A DNA stretch of 37,874 nt from a virus (IMGVR_UViG_3300030095_003206:1-37874); one strand, 5' to 3'. Counted from the stretch's first letter, positions 1 through 8,247 are shown. The notes: generated by a model not told the origin, from the letters alone. Numbers and translations are program-made.

Positions 1-99
1 ATGAACTCGAAACCCATGAAGGTATCGACCTCACCATTCACAAGGGCTTTCACCGATGCGAAGTCTGAACTGGTAACTTCAGTTTGACCTAGAAGGTTC
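1..99. repeat. 99-bp terminal direct repeat (copy 1); contig circularisation overlap
   Basis: Bases 1-99 (ATGAACTCGAAACCC...CTAGAAGGTTC) are identical to 37776-37874; the junction lies inside an uninterrupted capsid reading frame. Confidence 0.97.
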
Positions 100-665
100 T
101 GAAGCTGCTTGGCGTTGATGATCATATATCTATCATCATCTTCCGCCTCATTGGCGTCGAGGATTTGCTTAGCAGCCCGCAACTTGCCGACGTTAAGGCC
201 CGTATCAGCCGCAGGGCTAATACCAACTTGAACATCAACAGTGTTGGAACTGTCATAGCTTGTTGAGGTGCCCCCGGCGACGCCCGTAAAGGCGGTGCCA
301 TCAGCAGCCGAAACAATCTGCTCATCCATCGCGCGTCCCATGGCCCAGGCTGCTGCCTCGGCATAGGGGCTTTGCGGATCGATCAACATTCTGACCCGGT
401 CCTCATCATCGATAAGGTCTGCCCAATCGAAATCGATCAGGGAAACCCGGCGCCTCGCATGGGGTGTGTCCATTCGAGGGGTGTCACTGTGACGTGACGT
501 GCGCTGCTGAGCGGCAGTGCTTCCCACTTGCTCAAAGAAGGCGTTCTTACCCACAACGGTTTCAACCGAAACCGAATCACGAAGGCGTGAACCCTTCTGC
601 TGAACGAGGTGTTCAACATTACCACGGTACTGCTCAACAAACGCAGTAGTGATTTGAACTGACAC
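1..665 (-). CDS. Major capsid protein (BPP-1 Bbp17-like), N-terminal part; continues across the junction into 37775..37559 (293 aa in total)
   Basis: Manual translation from GTG at 665 (AAGGAG RBS): MSVQITTAFVEQYRGNVEHLVQQKGSRLR...RHSDTPRMDTPHARR...WADLIDDEDRVRMLIDPQSPYA...; in frame with ...KALVNGEVDTFMGFEFI at the other end; follows the scaffold gene. Confidence 0.93.
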   Translation of the reverse strand, partial: MSVQITTAFVEQYRGNVEHLVQQKGSRLRDSVSVETVVGKNAFFEQVGSTAAQQRTSRHSDTPRMDTPHARRRVSLIDFDWADLIDDEDRVRMLIDPQSPYAEAAAWAMGRAMDEQIVSAADGTAFTGVAGGTSTSYDSSNTVDVQVGISPAADTGLNVGKLRAAKQILDANEAEDDDRYMIINAKQLQNLLGQTEVTSSDFASVKALVNGEVDTFMGFEF

Positions 666-681
666 TGGTCAATTCTCCTTC

Positions 682-776
682 TTCACTGGTTGCGTTTAGG
701 GTGAAAGTGGTTGTCCCGTGTGGGGCCACGCGCCGTCTTTCCGGCTGTCTGTCGTCGGGCCTTACGGTTATCCGAC
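682..776 (-). promoter_or_regulatory. Candidate structured RNA leader upstream of the major capsid gene
   Basis: Consecutive hairpins at 754-776, 732-745, 707-729 and 682-705; two share a GG-AYAA-CC / GG-C-CC internal loop. Confidence 0.5.
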
Positions 777-1604
777 AGATACGTTTTGCGCGACAACATC
801 TGTGCCGTGCGCCAATTCCGCTAACTTTGCCATCTTTGCAACAAGCGGTTTGTGTTCTGGATGGCTGTTATCCCAATAGCCGGGATGTGCCCGTATTTGT
901 GCCATTTGCTCCTTGGCCATGTCTGGCGTGGTGCCAAACTGCCCGGCGCTTTCGCCTTCCTTAAATTGTGGCCCGCTGCCCAGCCCCATGCCGATCTTGG
1001 CAAAGGCGCGGACAATATGCGGGTTTGATCCCAGGCCGCTATCACTCAACACCTGGCGCAGTTCGTCAGAGCCATATTCTCTCAAGGCACGTTGGGCTGC
1101 TTCTACCCGTTGCGAAAACGCCGAACCATATTCACGTTGCAGTTCGCCTTCCCACTCAGCTTGCTGGTCTGCCGCTTGGGACTGCGCCGCTTGCATGTTT
1201 GACATCTGTTGCTCGACAAAACGGTCATGCAGACCTTGGGCCATTGCCGCCGGCACTTTCATTTCATGGGCCGCGCCGCGAAACCAATCGGATAAATCCT
1301 GGTTGTATGCTTCAAAGCCATCTGGCGCAGCAAGCTGATAGTCTTCCGCGTTTTCCGGTGTTCCTAATTTTTGCCAACCTTCCCATTCGGAGAGGTTGCT
1401 GCCGTCCGCTGGCAACACAACTTTGTCGGCGCCCACCTGCTTTTCCAGGTTGACGTATGATTTCAGGACGTCATCGGCGCCTCTCCATCCTTTGGCTTCG
1501 ATGACTTCATGGTAATCGTCCAGACCTTGCGTCCAATCGGCTGCAACTTCTGGGTTGCCCGCATCCTCTGTTAGGATGGCGGACCCTTCAGTTTCATTCG
1601 GCAT
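768..1604 (-). CDS. Capsid scaffolding/assembly protein
   Basis: 278 aa, acidic and helical (KSYVNLEKQVG, KLGTPE, LGSNPHIVRAFAKIG, HPEHK); lies between portal-associated genes and the capsid gene. Confidence 0.82.
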   Translation of the reverse strand: MPNETEGSAILTEDAGNPEVAADWTQGLDDYHEVIEAKGWRGADDVLKSYVNLEKQVGADKVVLPADGSNLSEWEGWQKLGTPENAEDYQLAAPDGFEAYNQDLSDWFRGAAHEMKVPAAMAQGLHDRFVEQQMSNMQAAQSQAADQQAEWEGELQREYGSAFSQRVEAAQRALREYGSDELRQVLSDSGLGSNPHIVRAFAKIGMGLGSGPQFKEGESAGQFGTTPDMAKEQMAQIRAHPGYWDNSHPEHKPLVAKMAKLAELAHGTDVVAQNVSVG

Positions 1605-1854
1605 TGATGTCTTCTCCTATTGCTAGTGATAAAAGTTTATCCTCATCGATAGCGAGGATGGACAGGATGCGGCGCACCATGTCCTGTGAGCCGTGCATAT
1701 GCTGTAACTCACGGCTTTCCCGTTGACCGCTGATGGTCAGGATGCCGCTGGCCTTGATAAGGTCCAACAGAATATCCCTACCTTGCGGCGTGTAGAGAAA
1801 AATTTCCTTGTACGCCTGGGCCAGCTTGGCCTGGGCTTTATGCTGTTCCGGCAA
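1594..1854 (-). CDS. Small head-module protein (Bbp19-like)
   Basis: 86 aa with YKEIF...PQGRDILLDL...GSQDMVRRI pattern, typical of the gene between portal and scaffold. Confidence 0.7.
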   Translation of the reverse strand: MPEQHKAQAKLAQAYKEIFLYTPQGRDILLDLIKASGILTISGQRESRELQHMHGSQDMVRRILSILAIDEDKLLSLAIGEDINAE

Positions 1855-3474
1855 TTACTGCTGCCCCATTTCCGCTATTTGAGCCACTTTCAGACCGGCA
1901 TCGGCCAGTTGTGGCGCAGAGTTCATGCCCGCTTGCATGGCTTCCGCTTGCTGGCGTTGACCGCGCATTTCCGCAACTTCTTCCTCATCGCGCAAGATAC
2001 GTTGCGGAGCGCCGTTAATTTCAGCCAGGGACCGCGTAATTTCGTCCGTATTGAAATTATCCATGACCGATGGGTCAACGGCCGCAATGGCCTGGACACT
2101 TTCAAGAGTACGCAAGATGCCGACGCCTTCTGGTGCCCGCATGGCTTGGGTCAACGGCGAAACATACTCAACTTCGTATTCTCCCGTTGCTTCTTCCAAT
2201 GCCGGCGGCATGGCCGGGATCATCCCTTGCTCTGCCAACACGGCAAACTCGCGCTCAATGAGCGGGCCTAACGCCTCAGACTGTTGACGGCCGACCGTGG
2301 GCGCTAACAGCGCGCCTTTCTCTTGGGCGCGTTGCAAGACTTCGGTAGCCGTCATCTGTGGGCTTTCCACAAGGATTTGAAATAGGGTCACAAGGAAACT
2401 GTCTTGAATAACCTTGCGCCGTTGCTCCATCATTTCAAAGCCGATGTCTACACGCGCACCTGTATAAAGGGGTTGAATGGGCGCTTGGGACCGCCCATCC
2501 ATCCTTGCAAACGTCGCCGCGCCAGGCTTGGCATTGACGGGGAGGATTACGCCATCGTCTGCAATAATCAAAGGTGGGTCCACAGCCTTTTGACCAGCGC
2601 GGATAACCGTCTTTGACATTTCGTTAATCATCTTGATGTCGGGCAGGATGGTCATGGCGGGCGAACGGCCATAGACCTCACGCGGCCCGGTAACATAGCG
2701 ACTGACGATATACGGCATATCATCGAAGCCGCCTTCTTCAATCAGTTCGCGCTCGCCAGCTTCGTAGTAGCCAGAGAACCACGGGCTGTTGCGCCGGTCC
2801 CGTGCGGTGGGATCACGATCTGTGCGCGGGCAGACAAGGTGCAACAACTCTGTCTTTTCGTCGGGCTTGTCTTCCGCCGTCTTGCGAAGATTGTCGGACA
2901 GGTTGCCGTCTTCAAACATGCGGAGAGCTTGCCGGGCTGTTACCTGGAACTTACGGAACACAGTATCAATGCGGCCCATTTCGTTCTCAGCGATGTAGAG
3001 GTCCGACAAATGGATTTGCCGGTACATCAAACCGCCGTCAGGATGCTCATCAACAAAAAGAGCGCCCGTGCCGAACGCGCCTAGCGCCATATAACCTTCG
3101 TGCATTTCCTTAGAGAAACACGCTTTGGGCGAGTAGCGGTAGTTGAACATAATGCTTGTGACTTGGTCGAACCACAGGCGCACATCATGGTCGCGGTTAA
3201 GGACAGGATCGGTGGCGCGCAACTGGTGCCAGCGGGAACCTCGCGGGGTCAACAGGCTTTCAATGGCCGATGCAAAGCGTTCACAGGCAAGTGCAGCGGT
3301 GGCGTCATATAATTTTGATGTGCGTTTGTCGCCCGGTGTCAACTCGCCTGTGAAGATACGTGAACGCGGCAAGACCCGTTCAGCAATTTCTTCCCAATGG
3401 CCTTCCCACACGGACCTATCGTTCTTTAAACGAGAGTAGCGGGAGAAAACTTCGTCTGTGTCTGGAGCAGCCAT
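1855..3474 (-). CDS. Portal (head-tail connector) protein, T7 gp8/Bbp21-like
   Basis: 539 aa; YDATAALA, FGTG, YGRSPAM..LPDIKMIN, MTATEV..RAQEK..LLAPTVGR and EYVSPL motifs. Confidence 0.95.
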   Translation of the reverse strand: MAAPDTDEVFSRYSRLKNDRSVWEGHWEEIAERVLPRSRIFTGELTPGDKRTSKLYDATAALACERFASAIESLLTPRGSRWHQLRATDPVLNRDHDVRLWFDQVTSIMFNYRYSPKACFSKEMHEGYMALGAFGTGALFVDEHPDGGLMYRQIHLSDLYIAENEMGRIDTVFRKFQVTARQALRMFEDGNLSDNLRKTAEDKPDEKTELLHLVCPRTDRDPTARDRRNSPWFSGYYEAGERELIEEGGFDDMPYIVSRYVTGPREVYGRSPAMTILPDIKMINEMSKTVIRAGQKAVDPPLIIADDGVILPVNAKPGAATFARMDGRSQAPIQPLYTGARVDIGFEMMEQRRKVIQDSFLVTLFQILVESPQMTATEVLQRAQEKGALLAPTVGRQQSEALGPLIEREFAVLAEQGMIPAMPPALEEATGEYEVEYVSPLTQAMRAPEGVGILRTLESVQAIAAVDPSVMDNFNTDEITRSLAEINGAPQRILRDEEEVAEMRGQRQQAEAMQAGMNSAPQLADAGLKVAQIAEMGQQ

Positions 3475-3683
3475 TAGACCCCCATAAGTGTGGTTTTGCG
3501 GATTGCCGACACATCAGTGTTGCGCGGCGTTCCCATTAGTGTCGTTTGCATGCCGTTGCGCGGTGCAGAACCGCCGCCGTATGCTGCCGACGCATTACGC
3601 TGTGCCGTATCAAGACGGGCGCCCATCGATGTTGGCGGTAGCTTCTTACCCGCCGATTGACGCTGCATGGTCGGCACACACAC
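3474..3683 (-). CDS. Small Met-Cys / C-terminal TLMG protein (member 4 of array), putative virion/ejection peptide
   Basis: GTG start, MCVPT...RKTTLMGV; stop overlaps the portal ATG. Confidence 0.7.
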   Translation of the reverse strand: MCVPTMQRQSAGKKLPPTSMGARLDTAQRNASAAYGGGSAPRNGMQTTLMGTPRNTDVSAIRKTTLMGV

Positions 3684-3684
3684 G

Positions 3685-3762
3685 TTACTTGCCTTTGGGC
3701 TTCATTGGTTTCTTCGGTGGTCTTCCGCGTTTGGACCCATATGTTCCCTTCCCTTTAGGCAT
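3685..3762 (-). CDS. 25-aa lysine-rich microprotein
   Basis: Manual translation MPKGKGTYGSKRGRPPKKPMKPKGK; AGGAG RBS; fits exactly between neighbours. Confidence 0.7.
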   Translation of the reverse strand: MPKGKGTYGSKRGRPPKKPMKPKGK

Positions 3763-3771
3763 AGCGCACTC

Positions 3772-3918
3772 CTATTTCTTTTTTGCTTTGGATTTGGGAA
3801 AGCCAGCTTTCATGTTGCTGTAGGCTTTCGATGAAATTGTTGACTTGCTCTTGGGCCGTGACGTGCCCGCCTTGCGGCGCTTATTGATGTTGGCATATAG
3901 GCCTGGTTTCTTTGCCAT
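3772..3918 (-). CDS. 48-aa basic microprotein
   Basis: MAKKPGLYANINKRRKAGTSRPKSKSTISSKAYSNMKAGFPKSKAKKK; AGGAGG RBS before ATG 3918, which shortens the 126-aa track ORF. Confidence 0.75.
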   Translation of the reverse strand: MAKKPGLYANINKRRKAGTSRPKSKSTISSKAYSNMKAGFPKSKAKKK

Positions 3919-3920
3919 GC

Positions 3921-4154
3921 TTAACCTCCTAGCAGTGTCTTCCGGCCAATGTTGGCCTGTTCCAAAACACCGGATGGGCCGGTCATTAACGTAGAGCGCC
4001 GTCCGCTGGCCTGAACGCGGGCGCGGCGTCGGGAAGGCGCTCCTTGAACAGATGGCAGTCTGCCGCCAGACCCCCCGCCTACAGGTGCGGATGGTTCTGT
4101 GCCCATTGGCGCGGGTGGCGGTGAAGGCGGTTTGGGATCGGGAGTAATACACAT
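3921..4154 (-). CDS. Small Met-Cys / KTLLGG protein (member 3), Pro-rich
   Basis: MCITPDPKPPSPPPAP...RRSTLMTGPSG...GRKTLLGG. Confidence 0.8.
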   Translation of the reverse strand: MCITPDPKPPSPPPAPMGTEPSAPVGGGSGGRLPSVQGAPSRRRARVQASGRRSTLMTGPSGVLEQANIGRKTLLGG

Positions 4155-4155
4155 A

Positions 4156-4482
4156 CTAGCCCCCTAACAAACCTTTGCCGCTGCCGCCGCCAAGCAGACC
4201 GCGAACTGAGGGAAACCCACCGTGTGAACGCAAATTGAGAGTACGCAATCCACCAAGGACAAGACCCCCCGGCACGGCCATCTGGGCTGCTGCCAAGCCT
4301 TTTTCAAATGGCGTAGACATACTTGACGTTGGGTCTAGCGCGATACTTGCTGCTTCGTTAGTTGACAACCCACTGTGGCCAGCGCCGCTAACAGTGCCGA
4401 CATTCCGCGTGTTGGCAAACGTGTCAACCTGTGTTTGGCGCTCAATAGTATTGCTGCCGTTGTCATTCGAACCACCACACAT
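4156..4482 (-). CDS. Small Met-Cys / GLLGG protein (member 2)
   Basis: MCGGSNDN...RGLLGGGSGKGLLGG; 1-nt gaps to both neighbours. Confidence 0.75.
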   Translation of the reverse strand: MCGGSNDNGSNTIERQTQVDTFANTRNVGTVSGAGHSGLSTNEAASIALDPTSSMSTPFEKGLAAAQMAVPGGLVLGGLRTLNLRSHGGFPSVRGLLGGGSGKGLLGG

Positions 4483-4483
4483 A

Positions 4484-4705
4484 TCAAGCCCCTAACAATG
4501 TTTTTTTACCTACATTGGCTTCCGTTTCGTCGCCCATAGACCCCGTCAGGATTGTTGAACTTCTGCCCTTCATAGAAAGCCGCCTTTTCCGCATGGCTCG
4601 TGCTTCCTCATTGACGCGAGGATCATCCCGCGTGGGCGGGGGTGGCGGGGGTGCCGGCGGATCGGGCATCTTCGGCATCTTTGGTGCCAATGGTCCAACA
4701 CACAT
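4484..4705 (-). CDS. Small Met-Cys / KTLLGA protein (member 1), Pro-rich, T7 gp6.7-like start
   Basis: ATG 4705 with GGAG RBS: MCVGPLAPKMPKMPDPPAPPPPPP...GRSSTILTGSMG...GKKTLLGA. Confidence 0.82.
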   Translation of the reverse strand: MCVGPLAPKMPKMPDPPAPPPPPPTRDDPRVNEEARAMRKRRLSMKGRSSTILTGSMGDETEANVGKKTLLGA

Positions 4706-5189
4706 CTTCGCTCTCCAATCTGGTCTGCGTCCACGAATAGCAATGATAAGGCACTCTGTTTTGCCCGTAGTCTTCAACGGTGGCTTCGCGGACGGCGCCT
4801 AGTAATTCCAACCATCTGTGCGCCACATGGTGATTGTCATGGCTCCAACATTCAGCCCGTATGAACCCGGCATCAATCAGTGTCGGCATCACCGTCCGAT
4901 TGATGTGGCGCGTCACGCTGATTGCAACTTTCGGCCACCTGTCCGTTGCGAACATCCAGACGCTGGCCACTTTGGGCCTGACTTCCAATGCCCCCCAGGT
5001 AGCGACAGGGACCACCCCATAGCGCGCAACATACTTCAAGCCGTTTCCAGCCACAGTCCCCAGAGCCAAACTCTCTGGCGTCTGGGCAGATGTCACTGGC
5101 CATATTTCTTCTGCGTCCAACTCACGCATATTGCGGGCAATATCGGCAACGTCAGGATAGCGGGCATCAATAATATTAACCAAACTCAT
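4623..5189 (-). CDS. GNAT-fold acyltransferase-like protein (T7 gp13/DUF2833-like)
   Basis: IARNMRELDAEEI, VWMFATD and N..AHRWLELLGA motifs; directly follows terL. Confidence 0.75.
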   Translation of the reverse strand: MSLVNIIDARYPDVADIARNMRELDAEEIWPVTSAQTPESLALGTVAGNGLKYVARYGVVPVATWGALEVRPKVASVWMFATDRWPKVAISVTRHINRTVMPTLIDAGFIRAECWSHDNHHVAHRWLELLGAVREATVEDYGQNRVPYHCYSWTQTRLESEDVCWTIGTKDAEDARSAGTPATPAHAG

Positions 5190-6507
5190 TGTAATCACTG
5201 ACTACAACGGGTTGGCCCCCCGGCTGGCGCCCTGTCTTTGCCATCATGGCGTAATCACTGCTGTCACCGTCACGCAATCCAATGGCGGCATAGCGCATGG
5301 CGTCGGCAGAATGCGAACTGGCATCGTGGTTGGGCTTCTCCCGCCACGTCTGGTTCCGGTCATTCCACTGCCTGTGGTAATGCCTTAGATACTTCAGCCC
5401 CAGGCTACAGTTGTGGCGGTCAAAATGTAGGGTGGGGAGTAACCCCCTCACTGCTTCGATGCCGTCCTGTAGCGATAATTTGGCGACAATGGTCGGGCGT
5501 ACCCCCAACCCCTGCAACATTTCATAACGTGATGAACCACTGCCCAACTCGCGGACAAGAACATCGTGAGGAAAATAATGGTCGCCATAAACATATGGCT
5601 GAGAACGGAGGTGAGCAACGTAGTGATGCAATCCTTCACCGCTGCTTTCATAATAATCTATAATCCTATGCCCGGTTTCGCCGCGGATAGATTGGCCAAA
5701 CCATATGGCCGTACTATCGCGCATCCCTAAGTCAAAAGCGGTCCAGACGGGCACGTTCGGCTCCCAAGGGACTGACCCAATTTGGCTCTGTAACTCCATG
5801 CGGTCCAACATCTTGGCGTAGTAGGCGCCGACAAGGGCCGCTGACCAGGAACATTCAAACTCCTGATCATATTGGCTCTCATCCATGGTATCCCGTGCGG
5901 CCTTCAGTTCCTTCTCAGGAATAATCCCGGTCTGGCTGGCAGGGAAGCGCATGGCGAACCACTCATCGTCGCCATCTTCCATGTTCCGAATGGCCGTATC
6001 GTAAATCGTTCGGAATTGATTGTCGCCTCTGGGCGTTCCGATCCACAGGCACTTGCCCGTACCAAAGTCAGACAACGCGGGTCTTACAATTTCGGGGAAC
6101 AACCTCGCATTCATGTCCGCATATTCGTCAAGAACGGCGGCATCAAGCCTCAAACCCCTGAGAGCATCGGGATTTTCCGATCCCAGCAGCCATATCCGCT
6201 TACCATCAGGCAAGTCACAGCGGAGTTCGGCCTCGTTAAAGCGTACCTGGGGGATGACCCCGGCATATTCCCGCAACATAATCCACGCAATCCGCTTGGC
6301 ACTCGAATACGTGGGCGCAATATAAGCCCCCTGCGCGTTTTTACGGTCACAAGTAAGGATTTCACGCAATAACCAGTTGATGGCCATGACGGTCTTACCA
6401 AAGCGCCGGTGACACACAGCAACATTAAAGCGCCGGCATTGCTCATGGAACGTCTGCTGCAACGGCCTGGGCGTATAAGGTATCGTAACCCTGTTAGGTT
6501 CAGTCAC
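5176..6507 (-). CDS. terL: Terminase large subunit
   Basis: YTPRPLQ, Walker A HRRFGKT, LRG, Walker B AVLDE, GTPRG, nuclease DLGMRD...HSADAMRY; probable GTG start at 6507 overlapping the upstream stop (GTGA). Confidence 0.96.
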   Translation of the reverse strand: MTEPNRVTIPYTPRPLQQTFHEQCRRFNVAVCHRRFGKTVMAINWLLREILTCDRKNAQGAYIAPTYSSAKRIAWIMLREYAGVIPQVRFNEAELRCDLPDGKRIWLLGSENPDALRGLRLDAAVLDEYADMNARLFPEIVRPALSDFGTGKCLWIGTPRGDNQFRTIYDTAIRNMEDGDDEWFAMRFPASQTGIIPEKELKAARDTMDESQYDQEFECSWSAALVGAYYAKMLDRMELQSQIGSVPWEPNVPVWTAFDLGMRDSTAIWFGQSIRGETGHRIIDYYESSGEGLHHYVAHLRSQPYVYGDHYFPHDVLVRELGSGSSRYEMLQGLGVRPTIVAKLSLQDGIEAVRGLLPTLHFDRHNCSLGLKYLRHYHRQWNDRNQTWREKPNHDASSHSADAMRYAAIGLRDGDSSDYAMMAKTGRQPGGQPVVVSDYNEFG

Positions 6508-7229
6508 GCTTGCATGTCCTGTTCGGCTATCACGCACAGAAAATCACAATCAGGGGCAATGGGCGCCGTCACCGCGTAATCAGCAGGGATTTCGTCAATA
6601 AACACCCGCTCATCATCAATCCTCGCCAGCCGCACCCCCAGGTCGCGACTTAACTTCACCATGCGTTCAAACTTGTCTGGAAACTCTTTGCGCACCAAAG
6701 CCCAATAGGCGGGGCTTGTCGCCTTCACACAGGGCAAGCAATTGGCGTTTGGAAACCCCAGAGCGTAAGTTAAAGGCGGGCTTATCCCCGCCGTCTTAAC
6801 CATTGATAAACAAGCACTTTTTGTAATTCCCCGCTCAATCAAGGGGAACTCACAAACCAAATCCGGCCAATGCTCCCGCAAGGCTTCCGCCCGCTTCACA
6901 TCAGGGCCGTCAGCCGTATACCCAAACACATGAACATCCCCCGGCCGCTCAAACTCCAGGCGGGGCTTAATCTTCAATTCGCCCGTGCAGGGCGCGCCAG
7001 CAATGCCAGCAAGAAACTTACGCTTTTCCCAGACTTCCCAGGTATCCGCATACTTGTCGCTCTGCAAAAACGTAATTTCCTGGCCAAACCAGGCCACGCA
7101 ATCACGCATAAACCGCGCATTATCCTCATGCTCAGAACCCGTGCGGCAGTACGCAATGACATCAGGGCACGACAATTTCGTGGCAACGGCAGATGCCGCC
7201 CCACAGGAGAACCAACTGATACGGCGCAA
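6504..7229 (-). CDS. PAPS-reductase-like / PP-loop (adenine nucleotide alpha-hydrolase) family protein
   Basis: N-terminal SWFSCGAASAV PP-loop-like motif; APCT..LK, FGYTAD, FPLIE, NANCLPCVK and terminal CDFLC cysteines. Confidence 0.75.
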   Translation of the reverse strand: MRRISWFSCGAASAVATKLSCPDVIAYCRTGSEHEDNARFMRDCVAWFGQEITFLQSDKYADTWEVWEKRKFLAGIAGAPCTGELKIKPRLEFERPGDVHVFGYTADGPDVKRAEALREHWPDLVCEFPLIERGITKSACLSMVKTAGISPPLTYALGFPNANCLPCVKATSPAYWALVRKEFPDKFERMVKLSRDLGVRLARIDDERVFIDEIPADYAVTAPIAPDCDFLCVIAEQDMQA

Positions 7230-7239
7230 AACTTACCGA

Positions 7240-7671
7240 CTACGCCGTTTCATAGTCGCCCTGCAAAAACATTAGCAAGCAGATACGCCAGCCATTGTGC
7301 GGCGTTACCCTATGCCGGTTCTGTTTATCCTGATCCCAAACCCATAAAGCCCCCGGCTCCTGGGCAGGTACATCATCCGCAAACTCTAAAACACCCCCCA
7401 CCCCATCATCGGGGCGCTCTGTCAGCAAAATAGATGCCGACACACCACACCAGGGCATATGACTACCATTGTCCAAATGCCAATCATGGCCTTCCTTACG
7501 GCACTCAACCCTCACATACGAAGGGTCTTCAAGAGCAACATCAAACTTGCCCCGTACAGCCTCAACAGCCGGACTAACAAGCGGGTCATCAAACCCCCTA
7601 TACCCAACCTCATCGGCCAGCAAGCCGCACTGTGTGGCGTCCAGAGCGTCAGGGACAACAACTCTAACCAA
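7240..7671 (-). CDS. 2OG-Fe(II) oxygenase superfamily protein
   Basis: WHLD (HxD), SASILL, GGVLEF and HRVTP...R..LLMF give the facial-triad plus 2OG-binding Arg layout. Confidence 0.78.
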   Translation of the reverse strand: MVRVVVPDALDATQCGLLADEVGYRGFDDPLVSPAVEAVRGKFDVALEDPSYVRVECRKEGHDWHLDNGSHMPWCGVSASILLTERPDDGVGGVLEFADDVPAQEPGALWVWDQDKQNRHRVTPHNGWRICLLMFLQGDYETA

Positions 7672-7876
7672 TTAGCTTGCCACCCAGATACCGTCCACCA
7701 ACAGCCCTCTGTGACTCTCTCTGGACCTCTGGGGCCGGTTCCTGCACAAAAGCCTCATTGACATCAGGCGTAGCAGGATCATCAGCCTGAAACGTCCCAT
7801 CATCCTTCTTGGCCCTGGCGCGACGCTTGGCCGGGTCCTTCTTGGTCGATGTGATCTTCGTAGATGCTCTAGCCAT
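7664..7876 (-). CDS. Small phage protein (RAR..DGTF.ADDPATPDVNEA type)
   Basis: ATG 7876 with GGAG RBS; 70 aa, basic N-terminus then acidic motif; overlaps the next gene start. Confidence 0.7.
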   Translation of the reverse strand: MARASTKITSTKKDPAKRRARAKKDDGTFQADDPATPDVNEAFVQEPAPEVQRESQRAVGGRYLGGKLIG

Positions 7877-7945
7877 TAACTTTCTCCAACTGTAGGCAGA
7901 TACAGGTTGTGGTCCCATCCAACTGTGTGCGCGCGGCCGCCAGCG

Positions 7946-7955
7946 GGGGTACCCC
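7946..7955. other. Palindrome GGGGTACCCC at the strand-switch and composition boundary (candidate packaging/terminus site)
   Basis: Perfect 10-bp palindrome in the intergenic region between the late operon start and the + strand cassette. Confidence 0.3.
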
Positions 7956-8194
7956 TGCCTAGACACCCCCACGTCAATTATTAAGTGTACACCAACAATT
8001 CATGACAACGGCGCCGGAAGCCTAGCAATGCCGGCCCTTTTCGATTCCAGGGATTGGCGATGCTATCGATCGGGCAATCATTGCCGGCCATTGGATGGTG
8101 CCGACGTTCGCGCCTGCGACGAGAGTGATATGTGTCGGCGAACCTTCAACAACCCACCACCACAAAACGCCCTAACTTTTTTTACTCTTAATAG

Positions 8195-8223
8195 TTGACA
8201 CCCGATTCGTATCTATGTATATA
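8195..8223 (+). promoter_or_regulatory. Sigma70-type promoter of the + strand early cassette
   Basis: TTGACA (8195-8200) - 17 bp - TATATA (8218-8223), with an AT-rich UP-like tract upstream. Confidence 0.8.
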
Positions 8224-8233
8224 CACATTCATA

Positions 8234-8247
8234 GGGCGATTGTGCCT
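8234..8247 (+). repeat. GGGCRATTKTGCCY hairpin repeat, copy 1
   Basis: GGGCGATTGTGCCT just before the AAAGGAA RBS. Confidence 0.75.

Noticed and set aside
7229-7253. In-frame ATG-AAA-CGG-CGT-AGT-CGG-TAA upstream of the PP-loop gene, suggesting stop-codon readthrough or recoding
   Set aside because: TAA, TAG and TGA all terminate well-supported genes here; the TTG start already yields the complete N-terminal motif
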